A stretch of 64,000 bases of DNA from the NCBI GenBank assembly GCA_965655095.1, contig OZ296659.1, positions 9,486,001 to 9,550,000 on the forward strand, written 5' to 3'. Origin of the DNA: Haplodiscus bocki. Lineage: Eukaryota. The position numbers and the translations under genes are program-made. The notes under the pieces were generated by a model. That model ran no database searches and was not told where the DNA came from. It saw nothing but the letters and a program-made list of their open reading frames with translations. Each line of letters opens with the position of its first letter. Position 1 is the stretch's first letter. This document shows, piece by piece, positions 25,185-35,200 of this stretch.

Positions 25185-25439
25185 GACCGCTTTGATGAGA
25201 TGGCCGCAGAGTCTGAGTAGGGTCAATTAACAAAAATGGTTTGCCCATTCATTGACTGGGAAGCAGAAGAGTTGCGAGAAGAAGATATTACGCGCGATGT
25301 CAATAGTATTCTAAGTATCATCGCAAAAAAATGGTCTAAACTTGTTTTCTAGAGTAACAGCAGTGAGTCTGATAATGGAAACTAACGAAATTTTATTCAT
25401 TGAAACAAAAAATGATTATAACAAAATTTGAATCCAAAA

Positions 25440-26035
25440 TTACATTTTCAATGCATGTTGAATTAGAGTTTAACTTCGATCTCTGAAACGGTGGTCAAAT
25501 TGGTAAGGGAGCTAATAATAAAACACTGTACCTTTGAATGGAAACTTCCTCTATTGCTACGCAACAAGCTGGGAACGTTTTCCGCGAATTGAATTTGTTT
25601 TAGATAGGGAGCCTTAAACAAACTGTTAAGTCAGCAGAGATTAGAACTAGGGTTTTGCAAAGAAGAGTTTATCTCGAAACTTCACGTTGATTCCGCTGAA
25701 AAATTCGCCAACCAATTGTTTAAACTTTTATATCATTTGATGGGCGAACCGAGTGGATCCCAAACAAAAAAGAATCATCAATTTGCCGTTGCTCTTTTTG
25801 TTTGTTTTTATATGACGATGTACACTAGCAAAAGCCAATCTCGCCCAATTTCGAGGTAGGCGGCATTGTTTACTATCTGGTAGAAAAAAAATTCACTGCC
25901 TGCCGCAGCAGTGTCCACCATTTGCCCAATGTCTTGAACCCAAAAGAAGTCGTCAAAAGAAGCCACGCCAACAAAATTCCGAGTAATACCGGGACAAAAA
26001 CCTTTGGCTAGACATATTAGGGTGAAAATATTCAT
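25440..26035 (-). pseudogene. Adenain-like (C5) cysteine maturation protease
   Basis: FVGV, IVNN...GRDWLL (G-x-H-W with H>D), VWDPLG (from FDSxG) and LQNPSSNLC* (Q-x4-5-CG, with GGA>TGA). Confidence 0.85.
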
Positions 26036-26039
26036 TGGC

Positions 26040-27373
26040 TAACGGTGAATTTTTTGAATTATTCCTGGAGTTGTCAATAAGAGTTTGACCAAATCGTTCT
26101 CCAATTAAAACTAGTTCGACTGTTTCTGGTAACGCTTGGCTGAAAGACAATTTCCCTGTTATGCCTGCTCCGGTCAAGGCGGGAGGGAGGTTCAAATTTT
26201 AAAAGCCTTTCCTTGTTGAAGTTAGGTCGAACACGAGGTAGAAATGGTTTGCCTGATAATCTTCCAAAGTAGTTCCGTTGCCGTTTGCTCAAATGCCAAG
26301 GCTGTTAAGATGTTGTTGTGCTGTCGTGTGTCGTTTGGTGCATCCAGCGGCGTCCCTGCGAGGGGTAAACCATTGCCTCTCAGAAGCTCCACTTTGTGCA
26401 AATCAAACATTTTTTACCTGAAGGGCGTTGAAGCAGTCGTTGTTCCACGGAAAACAAGTTCCATGTCATAAACGTTTTCTTCCAGAAATCAATTCACACC
26501 GAAAAGGTTTAGGTTGAATTCCCTATGTATGGATTCACTGTGCAACTTTTTGTGAGCACTCACTCGATGCTAATCTTCACATTAACCGACAAAACAGTCT
26601 TCTTGACAAACAGCGAAGCTTTTTCTACTACAATTACGGACGGATTTTTATGGAGTGCTCATACTTCAGCGTTATTCAAATCGATCAAAGTTTTGCAGAG
26701 CGCAGTGATTTGGCGATCGATAGAGGCGCAAGTGCAAAGTCACGCCCGGTATTAGTAAACGTTCGCCATCCAAAAAGTCGATATGTTGAGCTCTGTATAG
26801 GTAAAGTGAACAAATACCAGCGCTGTCGGTTTTTTTATGATTTTATCTTTCAGTTCAAGGTTCTTTTCTTTGTTTGTTCGATACTGGTGTCCTTGACAGA
26901 CAGCCCAAGTCATTATGCCATTTGGATTTGCGGTTAGTTTTGTCTTGGCAAACACCACGTGATGATAATTGTTGTTGTTACTCGAAATAAGTTCTTCATT
27001 AGGAAAAACTCAAAATTGGAAATTAGAGAATGTAGGTTTTATCTCGAGGAAAGCAGATTGTCTGGCGTCACGGCATCACTTCCGTTTAAGTTGTACCTAT
27101 TGCTTTCCAATCCCAAACAGACTCGGTCCAAGTCGATGCAGTTCCTCTTGTCGGTTGTGACAAAAAAAATCAAGCTGAGGGCTACTGCAACCTACATGTG
27201 GAAACGCTTCTTGATCCAATGATTATTCATAATTGATTAGTACAGATGGTCGATCAGAAACGTCCAGAGAACTGCGGGTGACTGGATAAGCAAACTCAGT
27301 GGAGCATCCGAAGGAGAAGTTTTGATTGCTGCTTGCGCCGCTTTAACCCGTCATCACCACTCACTGATTCCAT
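26040..27373 (-). pseudogene. Double jelly-roll major capsid protein (Polinton MCP/hexon-like)
   Basis: N-terminal SSLDV..P...QLDF..D...IDL; STFWMANV...LTANPNG; C-terminal GKLSFSQALPETVELVLIGE...IDNSRN, typical of Polinton MCP. Length ~440 codons. Confidence 0.85.
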
Positions 27374-27479
27374 TTGACTTCTGCCTCTCTCCCGTAATCT
27401 TTTCTTCTTCAACTAAATGAAAAATTGACTGCTTATATTTATTGCTGAAAGCAACACTAGCAAGTATATCAGACTGACT

Positions 27480-27965
27480 TCTTCCTACAACTTATTTGGG
27501 AGAAAAGTGGTGGTGGTGGTATCATTGAACTTTTTTCGACGGTTCAGCAATCCAAGTGATTTGCTGCCCCCAATTTGTATGTTCGGGTGCTCACCGCCCT
27601 CCCGCTCACGCCGGCGACACCCGTCCGCCCGCGCGGTTGCCCGGAGCCTGCTCCCGCGCGCCATTTGCTCGTATAATTTCAGACACATTTGCTTTTGTCT
27701 TTCTTTATTGTGAGGCAGCGGAGGAGGTTATGGTTTTTGCAGCAGCCTTTTGAATGTTCCACGCAATACTGCCTCTGTTAGTTTTTTACCGCTTATGAGG
27801 TTGGTATTTTTGGTCACAGAAATTGATGAGTTTCTTGCCCAATTCCTGGGCGACATGCATCACAAATTGTTTCACGAGAGGCATTGCCATGCGGCCCATA
27901 CGCGTTGCAAATGCGCCCAGACCTCCTGACCTAACCTGCCGTGCAGGCCCGTGGAACGTCACCAT
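27480..27965 (-). pseudogene. Small virion protein: pVI-like amphipathic N-terminus plus Arg/Ala-rich tail
   Basis: MVTFHGPARQV(R)SGGLGAFATRMGRMAMPLVKQFV..VAQELGKKL, followed after frameshifts by a GC-rich segment coding RGSRLRATARA..RRRERE..QIGG. Confidence 0.65.
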
Positions 27966-28015
27966 GTTGGGTGTTTTAATTGTCTTTTGGCAGATTTGAT
28001 GATCAAAGTGAGCAT

Positions 28016-28303
28016 CTATGTTGCTGTTGCTGTTGCTTTGCTAACCTTCCTACCTTTTGACACAACAGATCTTAACGTCTCCGTTTCGCAACAACAAAAT
28101 AAAGATGACAGTGGGCGGTTATCATTGTTGAATGTCAGATGTGCGTGGCGGTTTGTCGGAAAATCAGATTTTTCTGACAGGCTGGAAGCTAGCAAATGTA
28201 TTTTAATAGAAAGTAGAGCGTACGACTGCTTCTGTAACATCTGAAAAAGTAAATGACGCGGCGCAGCGATGAATATAAATAATAATCCCAGGACTCCCCC
28301 CAT
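28016..28303 (-). CDS. Small Polinton ORF of unknown function (hydrophobic N-terminus)
   Basis: Open 95-codon ATG frame filling the gap between the penton and pVI-like genes. No recognisable motif. Confidence 0.3.
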   Translation of the reverse strand: MGGVLGLLFIFIAAPRHLLFQMLQKQSYALLSIKIHLLASSLSEKSDFPTNRHAHLTFNNDNRPLSSLFCCCETETLRSVVSKGRKVSKATATAT

Positions 28304-28315
28304 TTTGTTGCAGGT

Positions 28316-29329
28316 GTTTTACCTGCTTGAATTGCAACGTTAGATTTGTCCGTCCACGGCTGAAAAACGGAATGGGATCGCTTGTCTCACTTCTGACAGA
28401 GATGGTTAATGAATGACTGGAAGCTTTCATATCACGACGCCATTCAGGTTTGTTGGAAGTTTGTTGAATCCTTTTCCTTTTGACAGGCACAGCTGTGAGT
28501 AGAGCGATTTGTGTTGCTCCCAATATTTTGTTTTGAACCAAGTCATAGTAAACGAACATTGTGTGCAACCCAGCTGTTAGGTCAACTGGATAATGACCAG
28601 TAGCCTCGTTTTTGCCCCTTTCTTTTTCTTTTAACTATTTCGCACTTGATTGGGATTCCTCATTTTTGTGGATTTTTTCAGTTGCGTTGTTTTCATCGTT
28701 AAATGGGCAACAGTCAACTAAATTTTCCCAGCCCAAAATGTTTTACAGGTCTTGAGGAACAACTTTGAGGAGGAACTTTTTATTTTCTGTTTGCGATCGT
28801 TGAACGAAATTGAACTTGAGTAACTGCGACGTTTCGCAAATGTCCTAGTCAAAAAGTGATTCATCGGTGTCCCAACCAACTTTGCTGCAGAAGTTGTTGT
28901 TCATCGATTGGGTGATGGAATTCAGAGAAGTAATAGCCTTTCGTTACTGAGAAAAAAATTTCCGGTGCAAATGCCTCTTCCTCAAGCGTTGATTTTGCTC
29001 TTTTAATGCAGCTACGGGGATGACCTAAGGAAACTATGCCGCTATGAAAACGCGAAATCTTTGCAAAGATGGATTTTGAGACCGACCCTTAATTTTCCTC
29101 CTGGCCTGCAAGTAGCTGACAGCTAAATAGAACTTCGGTCACATTTTCAATCAAGTTTGGTCATGATAGTTCGACTATGGCAACTTCCCATGAACCGTGG
29201 AAGAACAACGATTGTGGTAGGCGAGTTGTGAACTTGAAGGTTTTTTTTCCGCGAAAGTTGTCAACGAAGCTTATGTGACTAAGTTATTGGTGAAGCTGTC
29301 GCTTTGATTCCTTTTCGTAGCTATTTCAT
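28316..29329 (-). pseudogene. Minor capsid protein (penton, single jelly-roll)
   Basis: N-terminal FTTRLPQSLFFHGSWEVAIVELS*P and C-terminal MFVYYDLVQ..LG....LL..VP...ISVRSE..DPIPF..GRTNLTLQF. Confidence 0.88.
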
Positions 29330-29344
29330 AGTTCGTTGTTTTTC

Positions 29345-30332
29345 TTGTCGTCGTCCTCTTTTTGAAAACGCAGCAACTCGCTCTCGTAGAAGTTTCTGCG
29401 GATCAACTCTAGTTGTTGGAGTTTCTCAATCAAAAAGTGGGGAGATTCAATGTTTCGACTGCTTCAATTCGGAAAACCTCTTCAGTGAATTGTGTGAGAT
29501 ATCCACATTGGAAGAGATCTATTTTTCGGCAAATTTGAACATGTTTTCCATTTTTCAGCTTTGCTTTGCTGATTGGGTCACAGTTATAATGAAAAATTAC
29601 AAGAGCTCTGTCGGATTTTTTGAAATATTTCGGCGCCAGTTTTGTCACGCAGTTAACCGTAGAATTTACAATGCTAATGCTTACCTGAAGTTTGTCAACA
29701 AACACTTCAGTGTTATTTTCGTGGATATGCTTAAAAAAAATTATGGATCGAAAGTTTTTTTCAGCAAACTCCGACTTTTTTTCGCCGCAAGTCGTATAGA
29801 GGTGAATACCCGACTCTTGGCAAAAGCTAGAAAAATCGGGTGGAAATTCACGTCCCTTGTCAACCCATATCTTTTCCGGCCACGGTGATAGAGCGTTATG
29901 GCCCCGGCAATACTTGGGTTGATAATCACTGTGGCTACTTCTAACGCGCTAAATATTATCTTTTTAGGCTTGAAAACAGGCAGCTGCTGTTTTTCGTTGG
30001 AGTGGAACAACCCAGATGTTTGTATCGACAGCTTCGAAAAAGACTTTTTTGACTTGGTTGTTTTTAAAGGATTGCAGCATGTCAGCCAACTCAATTGAGG
30101 AGATTTTATTGAGTCTATAACTTAGAGTTTTGAGTCGTTTAAAGTTTCAGTGGGCTTGTTTGAATTTTGCGTAGGTCTCGCTTTCTCGTAGAAAATTATT
30201 GACTTCGTTGTAGCTACAGTTTGACTGCAGTTTCAGTGATATTCGGTTTCCGCAGGGAGCAGGATTTCGACACGACGTATACAAGTTATGTAAATCACTG
30301 TAGGTGATTGTTGCATGTTTTTCTGGTACCAA
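29345..30332 (-). pseudogene. Retroviral-type (rve, c-integrase) integrase
   Basis: LY...NPA..G..L.....EVNNFL..ETY..FK; LADM; ID...W.VPL; GKE-like; RFVDKL...NS..N..TKLAP; GYLTQFTEEVFRI...PTF. Confidence 0.9.
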
Positions 30333-30339
30333 ACGACGC

Positions 30340-31130
30340 CTTCTTGTACACTTCGAGCACGAAAAACTGTCACATTATCTTTGGTACTGTGTAACAGCTG
30401 CCAGGTCACTACATTTGTTTCGAGCGCAACCGCAAACGTTTCACCAAATGGGAGGATGCTTGAGTGAGCCTTTGCCAAAAGGTTTTTGGCAGTTACCAGA
30501 GGTGTATTTAACGCTTTTGGCTCGCGCCTTCCGTCGTCCAACCATATCTTTCACAGGTGCCAATTCGTGGAGCGTTTTCGAGACGATTCGAAGATGCTTT
30601 GCTCATACAGACGCTGCAGTGTGGCGTGCTCAAAGCTTACCTGGGCTGATTCAAGCGGGTTTCTCTCGTCTTCGTTTACGCTACTCCTCATTTCCGATGC
30701 TACCTTTTCAGCAAATGTGTTTGCTAGAAGGTAAACTAATAGAGGCAAACGTCTTACCAAATCGAGGGCATTCTTTTTGATTTTTTAGTAGGTGTTTGTA
30801 TATCAGACAAAAAGTCCAAAACTGCTTTTCCCGTATCGCGATCATGTAAATAGATTCGTCCAGAGACATTGTTGATTGAAACAAATTCAGTTGTGCTCAA
30901 TTTCCGACTTCGCTGCCTTCGCCGCTTCGTCAGCTTGCTCGGCATCTGACCCAATGGTGCTGACGGTGGTCTTCTTGCAGAACCTGGTAATCAAATTTTT
31001 ATGCGCGCATTTTGTCGCCGTCGGAAAGTCTTCGACACTGCTCGAAGTGTTTTGCGCAACCGTCTCACTCACGGCGCTTTCTTGAAGGTTTGGACTTTTG
31101 GAAGTCTGTTTTTCAATTGAATTTTTGTTT
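30340..31130 (-). pseudogene. Unassigned Polinton ORF(s) between ATPase and integrase
   Basis: Minus-strand fragments (GRIYLHDRDTGKAVLDFLSDIQTP; RKRSTNW) are co-oriented with the flanking genes. No family recognised. Confidence 0.4.
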
Positions 31131-31134
31131 TTCT

Positions 31135-31590
31135 TGTTCTGAAGCGAACCATTTGGCTAACATTCAGCTCATTTGTCTTAGAACGTTTTGAATTCTGGAA
31201 CAGATTGTGCTTTAACGCTATCAAATGAATAATGCGATGTCTTCCGGAACTGACTAAGTTGAGAATCTATTCTTCTTTGCAAGCTTGGTGATACAAATTG
31301 GCAATTACCACCTGGTTAGCAAGTTTCAAGCTACCTATTTTCTTTCTGCTGACCAATTCCAATTAGGCCCTTATGAAATTTTATGCTTAGTTTTCCAGCT
31401 ATACAGCTAGTTAGAACAGTATCAAAATTTATTTCGTAATGACTGTAGAAAGAGAAATTTTTTTCAAAAGATGGATTGAAGATTTTGGTTTGATTCATTA
31501 ACATATTTGATACTATTTGTGTTTTACCACTTCCACAGGGCCCACAATTGAGATGAAACCTTGTGTATTGGTACAAATGCGTTTGTTCAT
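31135..31590 (-). pseudogene. A32/FtsK-HerA-type genome packaging ATPase, frameshifted and 3'-truncated
   Basis: MNKRI...FISIV(fs)GPCGSGKT (Walker A); VVIANL (decayed Walker B, from VVIDDL); SGRHR..HL...HNLF..SK...LN. Confidence 0.9.
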
Positions 31591-31935
31591 GGTCTAGGTT
31601 CTGGTACCACGTAACCGATGCAGGTTGACAAGATACATAAAATTCCTGTTTGTTATGAACTGTTCTCGGCAAAAGCCAAGTAAGCAATCGAAAACATAAC
31701 AATCGCAACAATAATGAAGTACTGGAAGAGGAGCACTGAAAAAGACATTGAAGTGTTCCAGAACAACAACGGCACTTAAATTGGAAAGGAGGTCTCTTTC
31801 TTTCGTCTCTGTCGAAAATGAAATCGTTTGTTTTAACATGATCAACCAAGTCCACGGCAACAAAATTGATTGCTGATTCATTTGTCAATTCGGTTGATAG
31901 GCTGGTGGTGTCCTCCCTCGATGCGACAAATGGTT

Positions 31936-32145
31936 TCAGAAGGTGTATATAATGACTACCGCTTTAATCGACTGGTTCACTCTTGCTATGTCGTTTAATG
32001 TCATCCGAATGGTAAAATGTTTCCCTTTAATAGCTTGCTCAAAGAAAATTTTCGTATCCTGGGTCAAAAGCGAAGCCTTCAGATAAATTTTATCGGAAAT
32101 GGGCAGAGAAAATGTCAACGCAGGTAACTCTAGCGCAACTGACAC
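31936..32145 (-). CDS. Small accessory ORF, possibly PC4-like ssDNA-binding fold
   Basis: ISDKIYLKASL..DTKIFFEQ...FTIRMTLNDIARVNQSI fits a beta-beta-beta-helix pattern. Pattern resemblance only. Confidence 0.3.
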   Translation of the reverse strand: MSVALELPALTFSLPISDKIYLKASLLTQDTKIFFEQAIKGKHFTIRMTLNDIARVNQSIKAVVIIYTF

Positions 32146-32589
32146 ATCGTGCTCGGTAAATCATTAGATCATAAAAACCCAAATTGTTCACACAACTTCC
32201 TCTGGAAGGACTTCAGATGAAGCCAGTAGCCTAAACCAGATAAATGTCCGAGAAGCATATTGTTCACTAAAAGTGCTCTTTCCGTAAGCACATAAATGGA
32301 ACCGGGAGCAAAATTATAGTTTTTTCTCACGAAAGCAAGTTCGTTGTGGAAGATTGCATGCCAACGGATATTTTTGAAAAAGTTCATCGAACTCTCCATG
32401 CTACTGTTTCCGGTACCCATCAACCCACCATACGGAACGAAGTCATTTTTAGCATGGAAATTTATGTTTTTGTCCAGACAGTAGTAGCACGCTGCGAGAA
32501 AGGTTTTTCTTTTCGCATTTTTTCGAAAAAGATACTTTACCAGATTTAAATTGTCTTCTATTTGCTGTACTTCAACTAAGTCTCACATA

Positions 32590-33500
32590 AATTAAATTTT
32601 TTGAAAAAACACTGCTTTGTTGAACACGTTCAATATAAATGAATTTTTCCACACAAATTGAGCGTTCTGATCTATAAAGGAGTATACATTGGGGTCAAAT
32701 TCAAAATTTTTCTCATCGCAATTGTCAAATACAGAGTCGGAACATTGAGTGCATTCGAAACACTGGCAATAATCATTAGAATAGCCGAGGTCCACAGCAA
32801 GACCAGTGTTATGATGTGAAACCTTGATGTTGCCCAAACCGCGTTAAAACAAATTGATGAAATCATCCACACAATCTTTGAAAACTTATTTGATTTTTGT
32901 AGCTCTGCCAGTCTTTTAAAGATTGCTTTTTGGCGTCTCTATTCCCGTTAAACTCAGCGTAGCAAATGCGCTGGATTATTCATACAGTTTCGAAGGTGCA
33001 TCCTAATTACTTGGTTGATTTCGCTGGCTGAATCGACCTCAGTTTCTCGCCGTGTATGGAATGATCGGTTGTCACCACAGTTAGCCTCTCGCCGTGAACA
33101 GTTTTCTGGGTACGATTTTTTGAACAAATCGACGTAGTGGTTTCGAATCTTGAGAGGTGATGTTGATCGTGTCAAATTTTCAGCTATGCTTCCTTAGACA
33201 AACTTCTCTGCTCCGACAAAAGATGCCAGATAAAGGAGAATGTGGTAGTGATCTTCATTAATCTTTGAACGAATGTCTTCTGTTTTAAAATATATTCGTG
33301 TGTTGTGTGGTGTCGCATACTGTATTCACAAGGCGTGCTACCAAGCAGGTTTGGTAGTAAGATACAAATTTTCTTCGGCAATTTTACCAATGCCGGGTTG
33401 GCGGGACGGGTTGTCATCCGCAAGCAATGAATTCTGGTTGTTGGACTGTGCTAGCTGCGATCTGGTTAAACATCAAATTGGTCCTCTCTTTGGGGCATCG
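32590..33500 (-). pseudogene. Accessory ORF with HUH-endonuclease-like motifs and a Cys-rich C-terminus
   Basis: One frame with 3 internal stops carries LYLTT (33367), DHYHILLY (HYH at 33250-33242) and HYVDLFKK (Y at 33136). CQCFECTQC follows in another frame. Confidence 0.45.
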
Positions 33501-33704
33501 ACGATTTTTCGACTCCTCAAAGAAATTGAATGTTAAATATTTTTTGCATTTTGTGCTTCGTTGGTTTATGATACACGCAGAATATGAACACGAAATGGGT
33601 TGTGGATAGGCTGCTGCAGGTTAGTTTTGCATTTCTGATTTTTGCAAACATTATCTTCTTCAATTTTTGTCCTTTGTACGCCTATTTGTCTGTAATCAAA
33701 CAGT

Positions 33705-33875
33705 TGTCAAATTTGTCACACTAGTAAACTAGATGAGCCGTCAAAGTTGTTATGAAGTTAAACTAACAGTTGGTAACGTATTAAGATTGGGGAGCAATAA
33801 GTGGCTCTAACTCGACTACCCTAAATAAAAAGAGTCATAAGTGGCTCTGAACCCCCCTCTCTTACTTCTGTTACT
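33705..33875 (-). repeat. Polinton right terminal inverted repeat
   Basis: ...GGAGCAATAAGTGGCTCTAACTCGACTACC...AGAGTCATAAGTGGCTCTGAACCCCCCTCTCTTACTTCTGTTACT, ending in ACT. Confidence 0.95.
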
Positions 33876-34400
33876 TCTGGTAGTGTTTTAATATTTGAAC
33901 AGGAAGCACAATTCGAAGCTGCAAGTGTTTGATTTTTGAAAATTTTGATAAATATACTTTCAAGAACCACAAAACCCAGCAAATATCTAGTGTAGCAAAA
34001 GTACTGCTCTCTTTTTCGTCTAATTTGAAGCAATGAAAAAACCACGTTGTCTGGATCACTATCCTTCTTTCTAGGCCCAGAAATGACTCACGACGTCCCT
34101 GGGGCAGTGATCATAATCAATGAACTGCACAATGATGATTCATAAATTTTTGACTTCTTGATTCCATTCTGATTTTGGATCGAAGAAGAATGGAATCCAA
34201 TTGAGAAAAAAATTGGGTTTTGCAAGATCAAGATTTTGGGTTGTTCAGCAGACTATGTCATTGGGGTTCGTGGTTCATTTTGTGCCCGGTTGAGGCAATA
34301 CTTTCTTTGCTACTGATACCACGGCGAAGATCTCTGCCCTTTAATGGCAAACATGTCATTGCTAGTGGCATTTCTGGAAAAATATCAGTATCCATTTCTG
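33876..34400 (-). mobile_element. Ty3/Gypsy RT-RNase H relic (right flank of the Polinton)
   Basis: Minus strand: GHK (from YLGH, ~34285), ESFLGL (~34090) and RYLLGF (~33990). Confidence 0.5.
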
Positions 34401-34439
34401 AAAGTGGGTTTTGATATTGTCGGAGCATTTGATGTAATT

Positions 34440-35200
34440 AAGAGCAGATCAGATTGGTTGAAATGCATGTCTGACTTTTCACCACTCTTGTGACTCTTGC
34501 AGTAACTTTTAGAGTGTCGGAGTTCTTGTCTACAGACCACTGTTTTTCATATTCTGGACGTTTCATTAAGCCAAGGTGCCCCAGCCTCAATATTTGAAAC
34601 AACGGTTCCTACTTTCTTGGTGCCCTCAAACACTGGAGGAAAAGACCCATCGGATACTGACTACACTACATCCCACACTTAACTGTAGTCTGGTGTGGAA
34701 GCGTGCACTTTTTGGTGGCGCTTGGGAAAGGTTGATTCAGCTAGTCTCTTCGCTGAACCTTGGATCTGCAAGGGTGGCATACGATGTGCCTAGTAAAATT
34801 TGCGATGAAAGGAAAAATTTGATGTCATGAAAAATTTCATTTCGCTGCAAAAGCGATACAACCTCACAACTGTTAGAAACCACAGAAGTATGAACTTTGT
34901 TTCCACAGCCCTTGGTGTTTTCACGGACTCTCTTCGCCTTTGAAAATCTATTTGAAAATCTTTGCTGCTAGAAACTGAAAAGTCATAATTTTAAACAGGT
35001 AATAGTATGAGAAGTTCAGATTGGTACTGAATTTATAAAATTTTCAATAGAAAAAACATGCAAATACTCACTATAAACAATATTCAGTCTATTTGGTGGA
35101 TGTTCTCTTAAGGACCCGACGGTAAAGATTTTGTGCGTTCAGTAAAGCTCGCTAATCGGAACGATTCTACAAAGTGGAACGAGCTTGATATTATTTTTGC
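34440..35200 (+). mobile_element. BEL/Pao LTR-retrotransposon integrase relic
   Basis: W...(A)LFGGAWERLIQ at ~34695-34740 is a BEL/Pao signature. A GPDG..VRSVKL-like tail lies at ~35112-35150. Confidence 0.75.

Larger units (their letters stand above)
19965..33875. mobile_element. Polinton/Maverick (adintovirus-like endogenous dsDNA virus), full-length architecture, pseudogenised
   Basis: ~170-bp TIRs starting AGT. Remnants of pPolB, ATPase, rve integrase, penton, MCP and adenain are all present between them. Confidence 0.95.

Noticed and set aside
29304-30780. Plus-strand ORFs of 194 and 158 aa
   Set aside because: They are antisense shadows of the minus-strand integrase and its neighbour, and have no motifs.
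19957-33883. Target-site duplication of the Polinton
   Set aside because: The flanks match only 5 of 8 bases and no exact 6-mer was found, so no TSD is claimed.
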